64,000 nt of DNA, taken from NCBI GenBank assembly GCA_050084515.1, contig CM114271.1:46624001-46688000 (forward strand), given 5' to 3'. The notes below the pieces were generated by a model. It had not been told where the DNA came from and did no database searches. It saw only the letters and a program-made list of their open reading frames with translations. The position numbers were made by a program, and so were the translations under genes. Each line of letters opens with the position of its first letter. Within the stretch, counting starts at the first letter, position 1. Shown here piece after piece: positions 52,962-64,000 of the stretch. The stretch comes from Blasia pusilla. Its lineage: Eukaryota.

Positions 52962-53706
52962 TGTCGTGGTAGATGAGGCGTAGGGCGAGATAGTATCGAG
53001 GCCTTAGAGAGGTCTTGTACTTCTCGATTTTGAGAGGTCATATGTGAACTGCTCTTAGGAGGTGACTTACGAGTGTAGGTCACCCTTCCATTTATGAGGA
53101 GTGATAACCTTGGAAAGTTTGACCTTCCCAGCCATATATGGCTCTAGTTGGACCTATAGGGTCATGGGTTAGTTGGTAGTTGGTCTCATGAGGGGACCAC
53201 ATGTGTACTTATAAGGGAGCTAGTATGTGTGTACTACATGTTGGTAGTGACCTGCTATGAGGGAGGTAACATGTGTGTGCAGATCACCCATGGAGGTGCC
53301 CAAGGGGTATACCTTGATGAGGCTCATTTGGAGCTCATCTCATTAGGATTGCAGACCCTTGTTGGGATCCGTGATAGAGTGCGGCTTGCATGTATTGAGC
53401 ATGGATTCTCTCTTGTAGAGTGGGCTAGGAGTGATCAATAAGGAAGATCGCACATATTTTGGGAGTCCTTGAGTACACTTTCTCTTGCTGTTACAACAAT
53501 GTGTATCTGATTCATGTATATGGTTGTTTGGATGAAGCACGGTTGATTGCAAATTTCATCAGAGTTTACAATGCATATTCAACTTTATATTGGGATTGTC
53601 CAGTTGTTCATGTGTAGAAATGTTAGGATTCATAGCTAGATGGATCTTAAACATGTGTGTGCATGACAATCGATGTATGTTGGCAGCGATATATATTCGC
53701 ACGATA
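52962..53706 (+). mobile_element. Solo terminal repeat, second copy of the 23711-24456 family
   Basis: Colinear similarity with 23711-24456 (GCGAGATAGTATCGAGGCCTTAGAG...GCACGA); TSD not recognisable. Confidence 0.8.
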
Positions 53707-53939
53707 AATTATTTGAGCAAGTGTAATTGGGAGAAGCGTGTCTGAATAAAAGGTACACAACCCTCGCCCACTTCCAATAACCCATGAGCAAAACCTTGTT
53801 GTTCAGCACAAAAATGACCTTCCAACCTTTGAACTCACATGTTTGTTATCATCATGACCTTTATATTAGACCAAGTAGGTGATCTCTTTACGGTAGCTTG
53901 GATGATTTATGGCCGATCCCCATGACAAACAACTGACGA

Positions 53940-55607
53940 AAGTCACCACCAAATATCATAAGTTTTCCGCCAAATACCATAAATCTTAAGAAATAACTCC
54001 CATAATATCTTATAAAGTGCGATTCACAACCTCGAATGCATGACAATGATGATGACGATAAGTCATAGGTGCTTCATCCCATATAATGATCATTGCCTCA
54101 TGGATTAAGCGTGCTCCATCACTATCAACTGATAAACTATAAATGACAGAGGAAAATAAATTACAAGTTGTAATAATTGGACTAATTAAACTTTATGTAT
54201 CAATACAATTGCACATCAAGTGGTTAATAACACTTACTTGCAAGAAGAGCTCTCATGAAGACTGATGGGGATCTTGAAATGTGAATGTGCAATACGTCCT
54301 CTGTCTAACAATAAAGCAGCTATTCCAGATCATGCTACCGCCAATGCTATACCTCTTACTCTCCTTACGCTTGCAAGGAGAAGATTATATAGAAATGCCT
54401 TTCATGTTCTACCGAGACCATCGATGAAAAAAACTTTTGAATATAATGGAGCATATAAGCATATTTGATCAAGCTCATCATGTATAGCATCCCAAATAAC
54501 ACATCCTTACTTGGGAGAAGATTTTATACAATTACCATCTTAAATTATAACTAATAGTAATAAGATATTTGATCTTATTGATTATTTTATCTATGACAAT
54601 TCTCCTAGCCAATTCCAAGACATTGGTTTCTTGATAGATACAGTTATTCTGACGTCAAGAAATAGATATGTTGATGACATAAATGGAGATGTTATGTCTC
54701 GGTTTCCTGGACATGTAATCTTTTAATTTGTATACATCTTCTACATGGATTTTTTTCTTAGGGTTTAGGGTTTAGGATTGTTTTACTAATTGTCTTTACT
54801 AATATATAGTTTTTTTCTCACGAATTCATTAGACATTGTGTACATGAGCATATTTACCTCAGCGTCGACTCTATTCCAAATGAGGCCATGAGTCATATCT
54901 ATCCAACGGAACTTTTGAACACATGCTTTCCTTTTGGACTACCTTTGTATCGTTTAAATTTGAAGATTGTGCACCAATCATGCTCGTACGAAACATGAAT
55001 GGGTCACAAGGACAAGCAAACAGTCGGGACGAGATTGATGATTCGTGGATTTATGCAACATTGCAAAGATGCTAAAATCATTACTAGGAAGAATATTGGA
55101 GATCGAGTTTTTATTCCACATCTTCCATTGATTGCATCAAATTCTGGTCTGCCATTTGATTTACGTAGGTTTCAATTCCCTATTCGCCCAACTTTTGCTA
55201 TTAATAAGTCTCAAAGTCAAAATTTGCAAAAGGTTGGCATTTACTTGCCTACTCTTGTATTTTCTCATGGTCAATTGTATGTAACATTATCTAGAGTAGG
55301 GAAGAGAAGTTATATCCACATTACCGTTGGAAGCGATGAACATTCCAATAAGGAAGGTGCCTACACACAAAATGTAGTATATAAAAAAATACTAGGATGA
55401 AATAAATTTTGCAATTATATTACAGGAACATGGGAGTGTTGGAGATAGAAGGGGGCACGATCATGAGGCAACATGAAAATGTTTCACATTCTATGGACAA
55501 TAAGAAAAAAATACGTAATTGTATGCAGTATCATTAATCTCTTCAATACTTAGTAACTCTTCAAACACTTTTTTCCCCGTGCATCACACGAGCACGTACC
55601 TTATTAG
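53940..55607. mobile_element. Rearranged Helitron PIF1 helicase fragments with probable 3' end
   Basis: Minus strand ~54250-54480: FFIDGLGRTWKAFLY..LAVAWSGIAALLL (motif I/Ia). Plus strand 54600-55400: [45 protein letters not shown]-rich hairpin-like segment and TTAG lie near 55575-55607. Confidence 0.8.
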
Positions 55608-58142
55608 TATTAAGTGATCAAACTTTTTACTTCATGCACTAAACATAGGATTCATGGGCAGGCCGTACACAATGATCTTTCTTACATAAAAAAAGATGAA
55701 AAGTAGCTTGTTTTGTTCAACATGAACTAGCTACTCCAGACACTTCTTCAATAAATAATTACAACTCTTCACAAATTTATTTTTTTTGCTGAGATTTTTG
55801 TAATCTTCTTTGCTAAACATCCCAATAAAAGATCACTAAGCTACTCACTCATCTTCCTATTCTCCTCCAATGGTTTTTCTACATCATGAGCTCCTATCTT
55901 TCTCTCTAACTCATTGATCCTCCAAGTATCCTTGAAGTTATTCTATGTTTTCCCACTCCTTAGCACCCCATAAGTGTACTAAATGTGCTTGCACATATGT
56001 AACTATAACCTTCTTCTCTAATAAGTCAATGGTCTACTACTGCATCCCCTTCTAATTTTATGGACATGGTCAATCAGATATTCCTCTCATGCTTGTCGAT
56101 AGAAGTGAAGATTGTTTCCATGTGCTCTCAAAGGTCGATTTGGGCTAAAAATACTCTACAACATCTTCATAAAGAGTTGAAATTTTCTTCAATAATATCC
56201 CCAACTTTATATCCATTTCCTCTTTTCAACTTCATAGCATTCTTGGAATTAAATCCAATTTTCTTAATTTTGGCTCGCACTTTGTACACGATATCTTGAT
56301 TTCTCACATCATAAATCACACTCTATATGTTTGCATCCTAGTTCTTCAACCGCTACTGCTATTCATCCAAATTACTTGCTACTTCGTCTTTAAATATTCT
56401 AAGAAGCTCCACACACAAATTTCTCCATTCATTATTGAACCAAGTCTTCAATTGAAACTCTTCTACCTTTATGGAAATATTCCTTTAGTCAACCACATGT
56501 ATATTTTCATCAATACTAAACATGCATAATACTATCTTTTTCTCACAAGTATCTAATCACTCTTTCATTGAAGTGCTTCTCTCCTATCTCATTACACCTT
56601 CATTTGGTTGGTTGCACATATCGTGCGCCTACTCTCATGAACTTCAATTTCATGTGGTGCAAAAGCTTGCCTTTAGTAGGAGATGCTCACACTAATGATA
56701 TGCACCCAAACACACTTACATGATTTGATTCCATCAGCCTTACATCTCCCCGATTTCTCAACTTGGCCATTCTTCAATCTCAATAGTTTCAAACCCCTCA
56801 CTTCCAACACGGGAAAGTCTTCCTAGACTAAAGACAGAGCTTCCTAGATAGTCCATGCACCTAAAACAACACTAGTGATTCCAACTATCTGATGAATCTT
56901 GAATGATTCTCCAGCCAAGACCCAAGATATGTGTCACGGATCAAGGTCCAAGGTTGACATCCATAATTTTCTCCCTTGGACTTGGCTTGGTATTTTGACT
57001 TTGAAGCCAACCTTCTGATCCATTTCGTGTGCTTGGTTCGCCCCGCGACTCCCCAAAGTAGAGTTTAGATTCCAAACACCCCTTGGAGATCCTTCCCCTT
57101 ATATATAGTTTTAGGGATCTCCATCCCGTCCCCACCTTTGGGAAAGTCCTATTGGATCTCTCATTTTGGCCCTCAACCAAATTACCAATCTGATAGTTAA
57201 GGGATAGTTTCTCAATCTTTGTTCATGCGTTTATCCAGATATTTGGTATGTTGGAATATTCTTTGCATAGTCTTTCCAATGCCATCTTACTTATCCCAAC
57301 CGCACATAGCGTTTGGTCCGTATGAGCTTAAACACCGCAAAATGCTAGTCAAGTTCTAAATTCTCTAGCTTGCAAACCAACTCTCATGGGACTTAAGCTC
57401 CTCTTAAGTCTTGCTTCACATTTGGCCCTGATTTACTGGGTCACGACCCTCACCATTTTAGACGCCTAGCCTTATGTGTCACATCTTGTGTCTACTTCAA
57501 GACACTTCTCCAACATGGATCCATCCTAGTGTGAGCCTAGTAGAGTTCTAATGTTCCGCATCGGTTCATGTTTGGCTATGAGGATTGCAACATCAAAAGT
57601 GTGGCGCAAAATATAAATCCTATGCCAACTAGCCTTGTAAATCTATACCTTGTTTAAGTTCTTCAGGATTCTCTAGGTTCCTCACAACTTGGTTCCGAAC
57701 TTGGCTCATCCCTTATGTCTTATTTTATGATGCATGAAAGTTATTATACCTTAACGCCTCTTCATTGTTGAGATTCTCTTCATCATACCATAAGATTAAC
57801 TTCTTCATTATTGCTTCTTCCTAACATCCTTGGTGCTAGCAACTCGTCATCTGAAGCTTCAACTTCCAATACTTTCTACTTATTTATAATGTCTAGCTCT
57901 TCACAAAAACTATTTATTTTTTCATAAAAACCAAAAAGATTTCCCTACCTTTTTCATAACATCTTCTTTACGCTCTAATGAGAGTATCACAACATCTGCT
58001 AAGTGGCATGAAAATCCCTCAAAGAGTACCATTACTGAAAGGAAAGTGTGACTTATCCATGTAAGTGACCTCAAAGGTAGCAAATCACCACAACATGCTA
58101 AAAAGGGAGCAACAAAGGGCTCCTTTAGGCCTAAAAATGTTA

Positions 58143-58338
<196 letters not shown>

Positions 58339-61300
58339 ACATACATATATTACATACAACAATTCATCATTATGTTGATGAGGTGTTGAATGTTGATGAT
58401 CATGCAATGTATGTGCAAGCATACACGACTCAACATGTGAATGCACAATGGATGAGTGGCCACCAACCTTTTTGGCTCAATTTAAAACTTCCAATGCTTG
58501 TACACCTTGAAATGCCACTAAGATGCAACTTATCGAGTTGTTTTTCTATGACGATTGGTTGTCATTTTTTTGCATTTATTTCCTCTTTCCCTTATTGGGA
58601 TGTTGTTTCCTTTCTTTGTCCTATTTTGAGGTTTATTTTTATAATAAAGTGGATATTTAGTAACTTACCTAGTTTCTAGTCCATATGCTAAGAAATGCGA
58701 TCTTATCTTAAAATATAGAAATTTGACTATGAAATATCCTTCAAAATGAAACTTATATCAAACTAATCCACATGACAGTACTAGCTAGTTTGGATTTGTG
58801 TATGAAACAATCGTATCTTCTATGGGCTCCTATTGACATGTTATTTAATCTCGAAAAGTTATTATAGCACAAAATGATCACATGTGAATGACACCATTGG
58901 TCGTGACGCATGGTGGCTCACCCTTTACACGATGAGTTCCTAGAGGGACAAGCAAGGGTGGAAAGAATAAAAAGAGAGGGAATAGTTGGGCTAGAGGGGC
59001 AAGCATCTACCTTTTATGTATTTTTATAGATTTATGCCATGTATGTTAATTTTATATCAAGCTAGACCAAAAAATAGAATCCCAAAATACAATTCAAAAG
59101 TAAAAGAACCATAAAAAAAAGTCAAATTTTAACAATTTGAATTCTAAAATGGAGCACTAAAAGAAAATCCCATTTCCTTGTTGAGCGTTCCTTTATATTA
59201 ATATCTATTAATTAGATCATACTATGAAGGGCGTTAGCCCTTGCTGAGATGCTCCCAATGAATGCTACGTGTGGCCTTTTAGTTTTTCAATTTTTGTTTA
59301 ATTTTGCTTTTACGAAGCCAAAACCTGAATAGAAAAGAGGTCTTAATAATTATATAAATTTGGAAAATATTTATTAATAGTAAATGAAAAGATTGTGAGT
59401 CTTTTTCATGATCAATAAATTTTTTCACTTTCAAACTTAAAATTATAATTTCAATATGTAGGAAAAATGTAAAACTTTGAATTTCAAGTTAATTTTGGAA
59501 GGGAAACTACATATTACTTTAGAAAAAATGGAAAACGATAATATTACAAAAGTGGGAATTTAATTATTATTCAATAAGATAAAACTAAATTTAATCTAAT
59601 TTTCAATTTTCAAGCTTTAATTGTGAAGGATTTCTGAAGAATATTTTGAGAGAAAATTTGGATCAAAATGAGTGATTTGGTTTGCTAATTGAGAGATAGA
59701 GTTTGGAAAAATAATTATTAGTGATTTATTTCTTTATTAACAAGGGAAAATATAAGAATAAAAAAAATAAAACTTAGAATCTCATGATTATTCATAAATC
59801 TAAGTTAAAACTTATCACTATCTAATTTTTAAAATTTTAATTTTAACATATATATGATGGAAGAATTTCAGCATATTCTCTATTTATGAAATATTTTGAT
59901 TTCCATTGTTCTAGTTGAGTATATAACGCAAGCAAAATATTACCAGTATAATATTATGCATTATATATAATTTATGGGCAATTGATATCTATATAATAAC
60001 GAGTCATCCTATGTGGAGAGTAAGATTAAATAGTGGGACAATAAGACAAAAGAGTAATATAGTTGAGTTTTGTATCACATTCAATAGATAAATATAATGA
60101 ATTTTAGTAGAATAAAAAAACAGGTTTATTAATTTATATTAGAATGGGTGATCTAGATGTATAATAGGACAAAATAAATTAAAATAAAATAAAAGCAAAA
60201 ATTCCAATTTTGTTCCTTAATTCATATTTGATGAGAAGTGAAAATGAGTTTTAATGGAGAAGGACTAGTGATAAATTTTATTGAAAGGATGGAATTATGT
60301 AGGGATTAGTGATAAAATTTAAATTTTAAATGAAGAGTGGACTGTTATTACTCTTCTAAGATTTAAGAAAATAACAATTTTATTTAAATTTTAAAAAGAA
60401 AAATGATTAATTTTAAAGATAATCATATTAATTCACATTTGATATTGTGAGAAATGAAAATAAATTTAAAGAAAAAGGAAAATGATTTCATCAATTAAAA
60501 TCAACTATTAATCTAGTCAATGGATGTCATTTTGGCGGGGAGAGTGGAAGGGGAGAATAGGTATTATTCAAAATTTTATGGAGGAATGAAATTATTTAAG
60601 GATTTGGATATTATTTAAAAGTGAAATGCTATACCTCTTTTAAATTTTAAAAGAATAATTTATTTTTTTATTTCGAAAATGAAATACTTGTACAATAAAA
60701 AAATCATTTGACTAGCTAACTAGTTTTGATGGATACAAAGGCCTTTTAGACTCCCTCATTTTACTCGTTCAATTTGCAAATTCTAGCATGTTTTCACCAT
60801 CCCAACTATTCCTCCTTGTCTTTTAGAGGCCTCACACCCAAACACACGTACGTATTTCCTGCAGAGTTCTAAGTGCTTCCACCTAGGATTGGAACTAAGA
60901 TCGTAACGTACGTGCATACATATCCACCTCTGAAAGCAAGTTTCTAAAGATATATACATGTGTATATATATGATTCCCCAAGTTTTGTCTAACTCACTTT
61001 ATCCCTTCCCTACGCGTCCCTAATCCACAACACGAGGCCTCTATCTAGCCTCTAAACTTTAGCACGCAACTAGTCTGGCGATTGGGGGGCGTCGCCAGAC
61101 TAGGCGAGTGCTAAAGTTGCCGAAGCCAAGAACAACGACTCACACTCTGCTGCCGTCACACGACTCACCCGACGCGAAAAGATAGATAGAAAGCTCTCAG
61201 GACTTGGAGTACATGTCGAAAGAAATTTGGACATGGGGGCTTCTTCTTCGCCACCAGAAAACAGGTGGGAGGAAACAACCCCACCTACCTTGTGATTCCG

Positions 61301-62330
61301 TCCTCTTGTCGTGTTTCCACTTCCTCGCCGGCGTTCCAAGAAACAAGAGCATAGTTGTTATCCACCAGTCGCTCCAAATCCGTCTGCAGTGCACGAAGAC
61401 GAGGAAGAAATCCAAATCGGTATGGAGTGTGCGAGAAGAAGACGACGAAGAAGAATAGTAGGAGAAGAAGAAGACGACTGGGAAGAAGAAGAAGAAGGAG
61501 TAATAAGTGAGGAAAGGGAGAAAAGCGCGCATTGTGAAAACGGTTCGTGCGGGGCGGAGGTCTCAGGGGTTCGGTGTTTCTTGGGGGGCGGGCGAGGCGA
61601 TGGATGGGACTGGAAGAGAGCGAAGAGTGGTGACAGTGAGTGAGTGACTGACAGTAGAGGAGAGGTGACTTGTGAGCGGTGACTGGTGGGGTCAACGAGA
61701 GAAGGGGAGAATCAAGGAAGCCAGCGAGCGAGCGATAGCCGGTGCGTCTCGGCACGCCACCGTCTCTCACCTGTAGCGACTACCATCCGGACATCCGTCC
61801 GTCCGTCCGTCCGGACGTTCATGCCGCCCGCATTTGTAGGACGTTCTTCTTTTGTTTGCTTCCAGTGAGTGCCGCCTGCCGCCACTGCTCTCTCCTTCGG
61901 TTTGTGGACCTCTCCTGTGTGTGTTCCGTTGTGGTCTCTCTTGGGCTCTCATTTCTCGCCTGCTCCTCTCGTCTGGTCTCGTCTCGACTCCTGTTCTGGG
62001 CTCGCGTTGTCGTCTGGAAGTTGTGCTGCGGTCGGGGATCTTCGCGTTGGTGGGCTGTGGCCCTCTGGCCCCGCCGCCATTGGCCGTGTGGGTCTGCTGC
62101 TGCTGATAGATGTCGCCATGTTCTGATCGGGAGAAGAGAGGAGGAGGAGGAAGGGAGGGGGGCAGAGGGAGACGCTGTGCGGGTTGGGGTGTGTGTAAGA
62201 GGGGTAGGTTGGCGATTAGGGGAAGGTCGTTCTTCATGTGGCTGGTGGGCTGACGGTAGTCGTCCTCTCTCGTCTTGCCAGGCTCCCGTCTTGACGATTA
62301 CTCCACAATTGGCATTCAACGAGGGTCAGG

Positions 62331-63830
<1,500 letters not shown>

Positions 63831-64000
63831 TAGCTGGAATTATACTAGTACATGGGTGGAAGACTTCACTGTGCATGTGACTTGGACAATACTTATCATT
63901 CTCTCTGACAGGAGATTTCTGTGTCATGTGTTGAGTCTTGCCTTCACCGTGTTTGGAAATTTTTGATCAATTGCTGTAATTTCCTCTAGAATTCTCAGGT

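Noticed and set aside
54757-54777. Telomere-type TTTAGGG repeats
   Set aside because: Only about three units inside a Helitron fragment; too short for an interstitial telomere call.
55900-56600. Possible decayed SWIM/MULE fragment on the minus strand (CKHI)
   Set aside because: Too degenerate to support by eye.
61100-62330. Acidic/arginine-rich ORFs upstream of AMMECR1
   Set aside because: Low-complexity GA/GC-rich promoter and 5' UTR sequence with no family motifs.

Overview
Repeat-rich land-plant genomic window (gene and TE content suggest a non-seed plant such as a bryophyte; inference only). Two host genes: a 12-exon DUF707 gene (-, 5006-8819) and the 5' part of an AMMECR1 gene (+, from 62331). 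Between them lie nested, mostly decayed transposons with two notable systems. (1) A family of Ty3/Gypsy-type, DDE-integrase retroelements with a DNMT3-like C5 cytosine methyltransferase between protease and RT and, in one copy, a PHD finger on the integrase. Instead of ordinary LTRs they have split direct repeats (A-internal-B-A-B) and 4-bp TSDs. (2) A 12.5-kb Mutator-like DNA transposon (28148-40612, 10-bp TSD) nested in one of these retroelements. It carries a divergently transcribed, intron-containing second gene with a ParB/Srx-like motif and a prokaryotic-type beta-class (N4C/N6A) methyltransferase-like domain, and its introns and promoter hold dozens of copies of a 25-bp palindrome. All domain calls are by-eye motif recognition; no searches were run.
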